A stretch of 55,592 nucleotides of DNA, counting the filler, from Barthelona sp. PAP020 (lineage: Eukaryota), in the NCBI GenBank assembly GCA_040182905.1. It is 3 parts of 3 records of this genome, joined end to end, with 100 filler letters (N's around TTAATTAATTAA, not from the genome) between each part and the next. Parts side by side here need not be neighbours in the genome. Positions count along the whole stretch, not along the records: positions 1 to 18,702 come from JARQWU010000225.1; 2 more parts are not named here. The stretch is one strand, 5' to 3'. The notes beneath the pieces are model-generated. The model made no database searches, had not been told where the DNA came from, and worked only from the letters and a program-made list of their open reading frames with translations. Below, one piece after another: positions 1 to 9,728 of the stretch. The stretch's first letter is position 1; each line of letters starts with the position of its first letter. The translations under genes and the position numbers were made by a program.

Positions 1-136
1 CCTGGGATTTTGACTGAAATTTGCTAGAATGAGTTTTCTGAGTTTACTTTCTTTGTAAATAAATATAGTTGTTTCACAACTGGACCAATTCTTTCTTATT
101 CACTCATACGCACAGTGCTTCTTGGCTTGGAAATAA
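1..136. repeat. Partial copy of dispersed inverted-repeat family (terminal module plus inverted internal module)
   Basis: 1-90 is the reverse complement of ~29314-29403. 97-136 (TTATTCACTCATACGCACAGTGCTTCTTGGCTTGGAAATAA) matches the ends at ~38389-38429 and ~29597-29637. Confidence 0.9.
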
Positions 137-282
137 AGAGGAGAAATTTGTAACCCTAAAATAAAATTAACAATTAAAAAAAAAAAAAAAAAAAAATAAT
201 AATAAATAAATAAATAAAATTTCAAATATTTCTACAAACAAATTTACAATGCATAAATTTTAAAAAAAATTATTAAAATTAT

Positions 283-1986
283 CTAATAACTGGAAGAAAG
301 AGGAAAAGGAACTTCTTCCACATCATTTATTCTCACACGCAAATGTTTTTCTGCTAATTGTTTTGCTAAAGCGTCATTAATTTCTTTTCTTTGACGTAAT
401 TTTCTTTCAAATTCTATTTTTTTCATTTCTATATATTCAGTTCGTGACATTTCTAAATCCTTTTGTGCTTGTTCCATTTGTTCTTGCACATATTGTTTTC
501 TTTTTAGTTGTGCTGTTCGTACTTGTTGTTTTGCTTCTTTTGCCAAACGAGTTGCTTCCTCTCGTCTGTGTCTCATATCTTCAACAGAACCATCAAAAGC
601 AATTGGTGAAAAATTATCTGGGTCAATCAAAAATCCTTCGGTAACTGTTGAAGTCGTTTCATGAAGTTGTTCATCCAAAGCAAGTCTTTGTTTTCTTTGT
701 GATTCCAAACGTTGTAAACGTTCAAATTCTTCCTCTTGCAAAAAGCGCTCATGATTTGCTTCCATTTCAGCACGTTCTTTATCAATGTTCTCAAGTTCAA
801 TCCTGTGTTTTTCTTTTGTGATTTCCAGTTGTTTTTCTAATAATTGCTGGCGATCTATTGGGGATTTTCTTGGAGTAGGTGGACGATTGGAAAAGACATA
901 AGAGGAACCAGCATCATTGCTATCATATTGTCTTTGTGATTTTCGACTTTCAGCTCGCATTTCATTTTCTTTTGCTATTTCCTTAGCTATTTTACGACTA
1001 CTTTCTAACAAATCTTCATCATCTTCAAGTGTTGGCAACGCATCATAGGAAGATACGATAGTGGGCATATCTTCTTCCTCTTCTGCCTCATTTCTCAAAA
1101 ATTCGTTTTCATTATCCTGTCCTACTATCATTGTTTTATCATTATCTTCCTTTTTAAACATAACATAATCTGAAGCCATATTGGAGTCAATGTCTTCCAT
1201 TCCCTTATATTCCGTTTTTAATGCTTTGAAATTAGATTTATCAAGGGGTTCAAGAAAATTGTTTGCATTTAATCTATCATTTGTCTTTTTGGTGGAAAAT
1301 GACATCGGTTCAAATTTTTTGGCTTTGGAAGAAGATTCGATCACTTTTGGTTTCTCTTCAACTTCCGATTCAACAAATGTTACTCTTGTGGAAGATCGAG
1401 AAGATGGACAAGAACTCGGTAATTTAGAAGCCGGATATGCTTGAATGGTTCTTCTTGGAGGTAAGTATTCACCCTTTTCAAAAAATAATTGTAAAGATTT
1501 GGCAGTGATGAACTTAAACTTCTTAAATCCCCCACATTGAAAATCAAGTTTTCCAATACCGGGTAAAATCAATTGAGTGGTTATGCCTCTCTTAACCATA
1601 CTGCCTAATGTTATTATAGTGGTAGAGATAACATCCTGAACTAATTGTTTGTCAGCTTGAGATCTTGCGGCAATTGTAGTATAATTCAAAGAAACAGTTG
1701 CAAGATTTGCAATGTGAGGACAAAATGGCTGAGTAATCTGATTTTGACTTTGAAAAGTTCTTGACAACCAAAAAAAAGGAGTAAACGAATCCTTTGTAAC
1801 TAACCCAACATGTTTTTGATGTTTAACAAAATTAAATTGTCCAAAATTATGCAATTTAATACCACGTTGAGATTGAATTTTTGATAACATAAAACTTGCC
1901 GTTGCTTCCCATATTTGTTGTACTTTAGAAGGATTAATTCTTATTAAAGGATGCTTTGCAACGTTTTGAAATAAGGTCGAAGACAT
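283..1986 (-). CDS. CCDC81-like protein (tandem HU-like N-terminal domains plus coiled coil)
   Basis: 567 aa ORF. The N-terminal motifs VQQIW...RGIKLHNFGQF and LILPGIGKLDF fit the two HU-CCDC81 repeats. The C-terminus is a charged coiled coil. Confidence 0.65.
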   Translation of the reverse strand: MSSTLFQNVAKHPLIRINPSKVQQIWEATASFMLSKIQSQRGIKLHNFGQFNFVKHQKHVGLVTKDSFTPFFWLSRTFQSQNQITQPFCPHIANLATVSLNYTTIAARSQADKQLVQDVISTTIITLGSMVKRGITTQLILPGIGKLDFQCGGFKKFKFITAKSLQLFFEKGEYLPPRRTIQAYPASKLPSSCPSSRSSTRVTFVESEVEEKPKVIESSSKAKKFEPMSFSTKKTNDRLNANNFLEPLDKSNFKALKTEYKGMEDIDSNMASDYVMFKKEDNDKTMIVGQDNENEFLRNEAEEEEDMPTIVSSYDALPTLEDDEDLLESSRKIAKEIAKENEMRAESRKSQRQYDSNDAGSSYVFSNRPPTPRKSPIDRQQLLEKQLEITKEKHRIELENIDKERAEMEANHERFLQEEEFERLQRLESQRKQRLALDEQLHETTSTVTEGFLIDPDNFSPIAFDGSVEDMRHRREEATRLAKEAKQQVRTAQLKRKQYVQEQMEQAQKDLEMSRTEYIEMKKIEFERKLRQRKEINDALAKQLAEKHLRVRINDVEEVPFPLSSSY

Positions 1987-2225
1987 TTAAGGAAAAAAAA
2001 GAATTGATGATGAAGGTTGCCAAAAAATAAATAAATAAAGAATTGTTATTTTCGTTTATTAACTTCAAAGAAAAGTTATTAATTATAAAATTAAACCAAT
2101 AATGAAAAAAACAACGCCCAAAAAAAAAAATATCATTTACTATTTACATACAATAATTACATAACACAAAAATTACAAACATAAAAAATCATATAATCAA
2201 AAAATGTATAACAAAATTCAAATAA

Positions 2226-3947
2226 TTAAAATAATTGCTGTTTTAAAGAACTTATCTCTTCAGAAAAAGCTTTTTCAATAACATTTCTTCTTTTTTTAGG
2301 AGAATTTTGAAAAGTAGTTCTATTATCATGCTTCTCATGATTATGTGTCAACAAAGAAATTCTTTGAATTTTTTCAGAGTTTTTCAATCTCATTTTCAAC
2401 CAAACTTCACTTAATTTTTGTAAAACGGTTTCTTCAGTTTCAATAGATTCTGAGTTAATCCAAACTAAAGCCCCTAAATACAAACAATCACAAACAATAT
2501 AAATATTATCAATAAAAGAATTTAATTCATGCAAATAATTCAATTCCAATTTTTCTGCATTGATATATACACCATCCATTGTCATGACAATCCCTGAAAT
2601 ATTTGTTAAAATTTTGAAATTTTTTTTTTTCTTTTCAATTTGAACAACATCATCTGTTGACGTCCATAAACTCTTTGTTTTATCATTTTGAATAACCAAT
2701 TCACCTGTTGGTTGTTCGTCTTTAATGGAATATCCCAAATATCTCAAATCATTGAGCCTATAAACAATGTCTTCGAAAAAAGTAAAATTTGGGTCAAAAG
2801 TGGGTATTAAAGATTGACTACCAATGCAATAAAGAGTTGATTCATTACCGTAGATGTATATGATTGGAATATTCAGAATATCAGTAAAAAATGAATGCAT
2901 ATCAGTATTTAGCAGATATTGGTTGCTTACAACAAACCTTATTGTGTTCAACCCTGTTTTTTCTAAATAGTACTTTGGATAAATAAAATTAATCCATGAA
3001 TGAACTAAACGAGGAAAAAAGGATGTCGTCAATTGATTATAAAAAGAATTTTTCAGAAGAAACATTTGAGAAATTGATAAATACATAAATGTTGGTTTGG
3101 CCGCTTTCACATTCGTTAATAAGGTTTCTGTGTTTTGTCCAAACGTTATCTTATACCCTCTTGATGTTGCCAAATGGACAAATAAAATGTTTAATAAGCG
3201 TAAATCTTCAATATGTAAAGATTCCTCAACAACATTATCTCCCTTGTCTTCAAAGAGACGATCTGCTAATTTTATATGTGTTGTCGCAAAAGAACGATGA
3301 GAAAACTCCAATATTTTCATGTCATGAGTCGAATAATACAATAAAAATGGTTCATCTATTTGATATACATAATCATCATTGGATATGGGGGAATATTTGA
3401 GCAATATTTCACTGAGAAATATTTCAATGTGATATTCTTCCAACAACCTGTATTGATCATTTAAATCTCGATCTAAACCAACAATTTTACCAAAATTATC
3501 TTGATTCGTACTTAAACCAGCAAAATCAGAACTAACAAAACTCAATTTTGGTTTATATTCTTGCAAAATTTCCTTAATTTTATAATCTTCATTTATGCTC
3601 AAACATTGTGCACCAATCTTACAGATACATAAATATACAACATACCAGTATGGTGAAGGAAAGCCACAGACTAAAATAACATCACCGGGTTTAATTTTCA
3701 TATCAATAAAATATGAATATAGTTGGTTGACCATTCTTGATATCTGAATATGGGAATACCATAAATAACAATCAAAAGTGCCATCATTCTTTAATAATCG
3801 TTCACCACAACATGGAAAATTACCATCACCACGCTCAATATTCTTTAAAAAGAACTGATACAAAGTAAATTCTGACATATCCACATTGATATCAGTAACG
3901 TCGCTTGCATCTTCTACAAAACTCGAACTCAAATTGAAATTATTCAT
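2226..3947 (-). CDS. Long-chain acyl-CoA synthetase-like protein with degenerate adenylation motifs
   Basis: 573 aa. ACSL landmarks (PCCGER, KPTF, IYGNE, LGYSIKD-PTGELVI, GVYINAEKLE) are present, but the TSGTTGxPK loop is not conserved. Confidence 0.65.
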   Translation of the reverse strand: MNNFNLSSSFVEDASDVTDINVDMSEFTLYQFFLKNIERGDGNFPCCGERLLKNDGTFDCYLWYSHIQISRMVNQLYSYFIDMKIKPGDVILVCGFPSPYWYVVYLCICKIGAQCLSINEDYKIKEILQEYKPKLSFVSSDFAGLSTNQDNFGKIVGLDRDLNDQYRLLEEYHIEIFLSEILLKYSPISNDDYVYQIDEPFLLYYSTHDMKILEFSHRSFATTHIKLADRLFEDKGDNVVEESLHIEDLRLLNILFVHLATSRGYKITFGQNTETLLTNVKAAKPTFMYLSISQMFLLKNSFYNQLTTSFFPRLVHSWINFIYPKYYLEKTGLNTIRFVVSNQYLLNTDMHSFFTDILNIPIIYIYGNESTLYCIGSQSLIPTFDPNFTFFEDIVYRLNDLRYLGYSIKDEQPTGELVIQNDKTKSLWTSTDDVVQIEKKKKNFKILTNISGIVMTMDGVYINAEKLELNYLHELNSFIDNIYIVCDCLYLGALVWINSESIETEETVLQKLSEVWLKMRLKNSEKIQRISLLTHNHEKHDNRTTFQNSPKKRRNVIEKAFSEEISSLKQQLF

Positions 3948-4670
3948 TTAACAAACATAAAATTATCTTTCAAATTGTTAAAAAAATATGTCATCAAAAT
4001 ATCAACATATAATTGCAAAGAACATGCAGCAGTACTTTTATTCACTTTTTATCAAATCCTAATTGAAATATATGATTATTATAATTCAGATATTATTCTT
4101 TTACTGCAAATTGTTTTTTTTCATAAATTTAAAAGACTTTTATTTTTATGTTAACCCATCACGTTGGGGTTTGGTATAGTTAGAAGTTTTCGATGACGAA
4201 GATTTTGGGATGTTCGACGCCTAAAAAAAAAGAATGCGACCTAAAGGATTAAATTCAGTATTCTTGAAGTAAAGAAATGTTCTTGTTGACTTTATCTCCA
4301 TGTTTGAGGTCTTATCCGGAATTTCTTTGACCTTTGTTGAACTCTCCGAGTAATGCTTGTATCTTGACTACTGTCCTATATGTGGGTTATACATGTCTTC
4401 TTTATGAAAATGTTTGTAAAATCTTTACACTTTATTTTTTTTTCTTTTTTTTTTAAAAATTTGGCCAGGTTTTTTGTCTTTATTTTGAATATCCTAAATG
4501 ATGCAGAATATACAGATTTTATTTATCCCACTGAAGAATTAAAACTTAAGCATCATTCAATACTTTGATTTTGTTGAAATTTGATGTTCAAAGCATTTGT
4601 TAAATATTTGCAAAATACATAAATAATTAAAAAAAAAACTAATACTATCCACATTTTATATTTCACCAGA

Positions 4671-5324
4671 TTAAAGATCAGCCAAGAACTTTTTGAGGCC
4701 TTTAAATTTGCCATGCTTTGAATATTGAAATGTGATATGATTTTCATTCAGAAAATTAATCAAAGCATCCCTAAATCTATCAATTTCTGAAGAATTGGGT
4801 ATTTCCAATTCCAATTCGTAATTAATTTTCATCTTTTCAGTATTTATTGGTGAACTGTAGGTTGTTTTATCAATTTCTAATGTTCCAATTGAAGGGACAA
4901 ATGCTTTCACTCGTTTATTTTCAAATCGACCAAATTCAATCAATTCATTTTGAGAAACTTGAAATTCGTCACACAAACAGGCAAATAATTCTAATTCCAA
5001 ATCAGAAATGGATGATATTCCACTGACAATATTTTTAGCCATTATAAAGTCAATATATTCTTCTTGTTCAATTCGACTAACAACACCATCCTTTTTATCA
5101 GAAGGTCCTTTGCTACAAAATTCAGCTTTGGAGCTGGATTCATCATTTTCTTCATTTTCAAGACGAATTCTAAAATATCTTTTAATTTTAGACAAATCAT
5201 TTGTAGGAGTGTCATAAAAAACATTTGTTTGGTTAACTATTTTGAAAGGATATTTTTCCTTAACTACATTCAACAGTTTCTCATAATCTTCTTCCTTTAA
5301 TTTTAATTTAACTTCAATTTCCAT
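4671..5324 (-). CDS. CYTH-domain protein (triphosphate tunnel metalloenzyme)
   Basis: Starts MEIEVK (ExExK) and has QTNVFYDTP, FRIR and YELELE. ATG 5324 is preferred over the GTG at 5345. Confidence 0.85.
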   Translation of the reverse strand: MEIEVKLKLKEEDYEKLLNVVKEKYPFKIVNQTNVFYDTPTNDLSKIKRYFRIRLENEENDESSSKAEFCSKGPSDKKDGVVSRIEQEEYIDFIMAKNIVSGISSISDLELELFACLCDEFQVSQNELIEFGRFENKRVKAFVPSIGTLEIDKTTYSSPINTEKMKINYELELEIPNSSEIDRFRDALINFLNENHITFQYSKHGKFKGLKKFLADL

Positions 5325-5365
5325 TTTTAAAAAATATGTGACCAAAGGAAAGAAAAGAAAAAAAG

Positions 5366-5465
5366 CAGAAAAAAAATAATTTTTGGTCTCATCAAATAAT
5401 TTTTCATTTACGTTTATGGACGCACTGATTATCGCAACAGAGAGAGATAATCACAAACATAGACA
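5366..5465. repeat. Conserved 100-nt non-coding block, copy 1 (candidate ncRNA or shared cis-element)
   Basis: Ungapped match to 55493-55592 with 7 substitutions by eye. Contains the hairpin TGATTATC(5426-33)/GATAATCA(5446-53). Confidence 0.85.
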
Positions 5466-5698
5466 AAGTTTCCAGTATTGGAAGTAATCAGTAACAATCG
5501 TTTTGGCGGTAAAGTGAAAAGGATTTACATAAGTTTTATTTTCTGCTCTATACAGCAAGCCCACATTCTAAGATTACGTATTTTTTTTTTTAGAAAGAAG
5601 ACTACCCTTCGACATCAATTACGCTCGAAACAAATTTGATCACCCCCAATAAAATCCCAAGCTCTCAGAAACAAAGTCTATAAACAAAAAAATTATAA

Positions 5699-8600
5699 AT
5701 GAAAATATTCAAAGATATAATCTTTTTGCAGTTTTCCACAATTTTATTTGTCAAAAAGGTTTGTTATGTTTTAGAAATAAATAAAATGATAACAATAACA
5801 AAAAAAGAACAAAAAAAGTTTTGCCTGCATGTTTACAAAAGACTAAATACAATGAAATATAGTTTCTCTTTGAAACAGTTCATTAACAATAATAAGAACA
5901 ATGAAAACAAATTAAAATATTTGAAGGATGTGCGAAAAAATGATAGAAAACGAAGTGATTCATTAGATATTTTTCTGAGAGTTATTCCAAATGTTAAATC
6001 TTTCAACACTTTTAATTTGACAACAATTTCTCCAGAAAAATTGCAGATTAGAATTGGTAAACAAATGTTTCCAATACCTTCTCCAATAATAGTTCAAAAT
6101 GAGAGAACTCACACAATCTATGAACATAAATTACCAAAAATTAAATTGAAAACAAGAAATGAATGTTTAAAAATAAAGAAACAAAAAACAATAATATTGG
6201 AATATATAGCATCTCCGATTATTAATTTTGATACTGTGATGACAAAAAATCAATTGATAAAAGAAAAAAGAAGACCTCTACCTGTAATATTTGAACGTTC
6301 ACTAACAACGAAACAATTTCAAATAAAATTACAAAGTTTGAAACTACGAAATAATCAAAATCAAAAATTAGCAGAAGATATTTCAAATGCTCATGATTCA
6401 ATAAAAAGCAAAAACACTTACAAAACAATTCCAATTCCACTGATTGCAAATTCAAATGAATCAAAGTTCAATCAACAAACAATTCAAAAACATAATTTGC
6501 CAAATATTAAACCTCAAACAACTTTTAAATATTATCAATGGTTGTTGTTAAATACATGCAGATTAAAACATCATGGGTTTCAAAGACTTGATTTCCCTCA
6601 AATATTCACCGAATTGGAACGCTTTCCAAATAATCTAATGAAAAAAACTTTAAAATTACCAAAAAATTTTGAACAACCAAAAAACAATAATTTTCCAACA
6701 CCCATAAAGATGGAAGAATTGAAAATAGAACAATCATATGAGTATTTTTCACGAAATAAAAAGGGATTGACGCCATTCGTTAATATTTACCGTTCATTAA
6801 AAATAGCACAATTCCAAATTATTGCTCCTGTTTTTGATAAGACTTTTCTTCTAGCAAAAAGTTTCCTTATTAATGATACAATTGCTGACGAAGCTTTTTT
6901 ACAAAAATATTTGAAAAAATATCAACAAATGATGAATCTTAATCAGTATAAGGATAATGGTGTTGGATTTCACTCTGCATTAGTTGCATGGAACAATAAT
7001 TTGAAAGAAAAAATTGATATGAAATTAGAATTAACTGAAAATAAGTCCCAGAGATTGATCCCTGATATAAACACTTCAAAATCAAAAACAATGAAATCAC
7101 CCACTATTGAACACAGTCCACCCAAATTGAAAAAGAACTTTGAATGGGAAGAAGAAGTCTTGAAAAGGAATCCTCAATTTGATGAAACCCCAAAAGAGCC
7201 AAGTGGTGATAAGGATTTAACAAAATCAAAAGTAGAAGAAAATGGAAAATTTCAATTGGAAAATCAACCAATTGTTGAAGGTGAAAGCAACTTTGACAAC
7301 TGCACGGAAGAAAACAATTTGCAAGAAAAAAACGAAAAAACAAATTTTGTGGAAAAACAATCATCACAAGAAATAGTAGAAAAGGCCTTTAATCAAGAAC
7401 AAATTCAAGATATTATAAGGGTTCGACCTTTTCAAGATTTTTGGAGTGAAGAAGAATGGACATACATTCAAGATATTCTCATTTTTGAAAAACCTATCAT
7501 AGTTTCAAAATTTCAAAATGTTGATCGAATTTATGTGTTGCTTGGAACAATATTAACACTATTAAATCTCACTATATTTATGGATTGTTGTGTAATAGAC
7601 ATTGATAAGATTATGACGACAATAGAAGCTCTTATCAATAAAACACCATCAATAACAGTTGATATCAAGAGTGAATATCAATATGCCATCTTAAAGGAAA
7701 CAAATTATTGTAAAATACCAAGTTTGGAGCAAAATAACGATGAAATTGATGTATTTGATAAATCAATTTCATGTATTCGAAGTTGTGTTGTATTATATGA
7801 GGAAGATATTGAAGATAAAAACATGGAAACTATGAGAAATACAATCAGATCGTTTGAAAATGGAATAAAAATAGGAAAAAATCTCAAAGTACGAGAATTT
7901 AGTCAATTCTTGAATTTTACCATACCAACCAACAATGAATATGCTTTATTTATAAATGGAATAGCTAAAGCAATAAAAATGTTACTTGAAAATCAAAATT
8001 TTTTTGATTTTAATTGGTTAGATCTGTTATCAACAAAAATACCACAATTACAACGTTGTAAAATTTTGTACAAAGTGATATATTTGTTAATTCAAGGAAA
8101 AATTCAAATATTGAAAAATTTTCTTGATTCATGTGTGGAAGAAGATCCTTTATTAAAACGAATTTCTGTTCAATTAGAAACTTTAAATGAAACTCTGATT
8201 TTTATGGCAATAAAAGAATATTTGACTAAAACCAATACAGATATTGAAGATTTGAAAATCATAGCATCAAAATGTTATCATTTTAGTCCTCATGTATTGA
8301 AAGAAATACAATCTCTTTTAAAAAATAATGATTATAATGATGATATAATGGACAAACAATTAACAGAACAAAAAAAAGATGAATTCAAAAAATCAACGAT
8401 TGTTATCAAAATTTGCCAATGTAACAATTGTATTATCAGTAAGGAATTAAATAAAACAACTAAATGGTTAGATACTGTAGAATATTTATGGAAATTGCCT
8501 CCATTACCACAAACTTTTATTCAAACCCAAAATTTTCCAGAATTAATACAATTAAAACAAAAATCCAGCAAAATAAATAAAAAAACTGGGAAGAATGAAG

Positions 8601-9625
8601 ATAAAATCAATAAAAAACATCAAAAATATCAAATAATATACAATTCAGCGTTATTAGAGCAAAAAGACTTATTTATCAATTTAAAAAAAGCTAAAATATT
8701 TGATTTAATGGAAAAAACTAACATAGATGTTGATTTAATAATTGGGAAAGGAATAGGCATATTCTTTGACTTAGAAAATACACAAACAAAAATCATGATA
8801 ACAGATCGACTGGATAAAATACAGGAAAATATGAATGATATTGAAAATAATAGGCAAAATAAATTCTATTCACACAATTGGTGCTGGAAAAAACTTTTAA
8901 TTGTAACTGACATTTCCAATAAAGAGCAATATTGCGAAGTTATCAAAAAATATTTATTACCACTTGAACTCATATTCATTAAACAAATAGATGATGAAAT
9001 AATCCAAACTATCAAAAAATTAATAGAAACATCACTGAAAAATGGAGAAAAAGGATTAAACATGACAATGATAGAGGAAGTATTTTCTTCTCCGGTATCT
9101 CCCAACAGTCCATCACTTCTCACAACTGATTGTTCTCCAAATACTTGGGAACCATATAAAGCTTTTGAACAGAGACAATTTAGAGAATTAGAAGTAACCC
9201 CTGTTATAAAATCAACAGAAAAGAAAGAAGGAAAACAATATGTTCAAACAAAACTATCTTGGGGTAAAGAGACATTCAATCCTCCAATTAGAACAGTAGT
9301 TCCTTTTGTTGAAAGTAAAAACGAACAAGCAAAGACAACAACTATTCACAATATTCAAAATCTATCAAATATTCAAAAAAATTCGACAAACCTTCCATCA
9401 AACAAATCATCTTCACAAAACTCAAACAACAATAAAATTCAACATTTAGACAATTCAAATGGTTTAAATAGTTCAAATTTAAAACCATCAAATGGTTTTT
9501 TACTTGAACCTCCAGAAAAATTATCCCCTTTAAAAAAATCTCCCTTTAATTTCACTAAAAGTTCACCATTTTCAAAACATTTGTATTCAAAATCGGGTTA
9601 TGCAAAACGAGTCTTCGTGTCTTAA
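5699..9625 (+). CDS. Large hypothetical protein; possible C-terminal XPF/ERCC4-like (SHOC1/Zip2-type) domain; start uncertain
   Basis: 1308-codon ORF. The segment YQIIYNSALLEQKDLFINL...LMEK...VDLII resembles an inactive XPF-like fold. Low-complexity tail. Confidence 0.55.
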   Translation: MKIFKDIIFLQFSTILFVKKVCYVLEINKMITITKKEQKKFCLHVYKRLNTMKYSFSLKQFINNNKNNENKLKYLKDVRKNDRKRSDSLDIFLRVIPNVKSFNTFNLTTISPEKLQIRIGKQMFPIPSPIIVQNERTHTIYEHKLPKIKLKTRNECLKIKKQKTIILEYIASPIINFDTVMTKNQLIKEKRRPLPVIFERSLTTKQFQIKLQSLKLRNNQNQKLAEDISNAHDSIKSKNTYKTIPIPLIANSNESKFNQQTIQKHNLPNIKPQTTFKYYQWLLLNTCRLKHHGFQRLDFPQIFTELERFPNNLMKKTLKLPKNFEQPKNNNFPTPIKMEELKIEQSYEYFSRNKKGLTPFVNIYRSLKIAQFQIIAPVFDKTFLLAKSFLINDTIADEAFLQKYLKKYQQMMNLNQYKDNGVGFHSALVAWNNNLKEKIDMKLELTENKSQRLIPDINTSKSKTMKSPTIEHSPPKLKKNFEWEEEVLKRNPQFDETPKEPSGDKDLTKSKVEENGKFQLENQPIVEGESNFDNCTEENNLQEKNEKTNFVEKQSSQEIVEKAFNQEQIQDIIRVRPFQDFWSEEEWTYIQDILIFEKPIIVSKFQNVDRIYVLLGTILTLLNLTIFMDCCVIDIDKIMTTIEALINKTPSITVDIKSEYQYAILKETNYCKIPSLEQNNDEIDVFDKSISCIRSCVVLYEEDIEDKNMETMRNTIRSFENGIKIGKNLKVREFSQFLNFTIPTNNEYALFINGIAKAIKMLLENQNFFDFNWLDLLSTKIPQLQRCKILYKVIYLLIQGKIQILKNFLDSCVEEDPLLKRISVQLETLNETLIFMAIKEYLTKTNTDIEDLKIIASKCYHFSPHVLKEIQSLLKNNDYNDDIMDKQLTEQKKDEFKKSTIVIKICQCNNCIISKELNKTTKWLDTVEYLWKLPPLPQTFIQTQNFPELIQLKQKSSKINKKTGKNEDKINKKHQKYQIIYNSALLEQKDLFINLKKAKIFDLMEKTNIDVDLIIGKGIGIFFDLENTQTKIMITDRLDKIQENMNDIENNRQNKFYSHNWCWKKLLIVTDISNKEQYCEVIKKYLLPLELIFIKQIDDEIIQTIKKLIETSLKNGEKGLNMTMIEEVFSSPVSPNSPSLLTTDCSPNTWEPYKAFEQRQFRELEVTPVIKSTEKKEGKQYVQTKLSWGKETFNPPIRTVVPFVESKNEQAKTTTIHNIQNLSNIQKNSTNLPSNKSSSQNSNNNKIQHLDNSNGLNSSNLKPSNGFLLEPPEKLSPLKKSPFNFTKSSPFSKHLYSKSGYAKRVFVS

Positions 9626-9728
9626 ATAAATTGAACGAAAATTATCATTTTAAAAATAAATCAATCACCTTCACTAATTTTATTTTTTTGGCTTTTGTTT
9701 TTTTTTTTATCTAATTAAGATTCCAATC

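Noticed and set aside
4145..4400. GC-richer island: a plus-strand peptide EVFDDEDFGMFDA* like a ribosomal P-protein tail, and a minus-strand ~80-codon frame with two TAGs
   Set aside because: There is no upstream exon for a P protein and no recognisable product for the readthrough frame. Left unexplained.
5437..5453. ACAGAGA box suggesting U6 snRNA
   Set aside because: The AGC triad and U6 internal stem-loop do not follow, and the motif sits in a hairpin loop.
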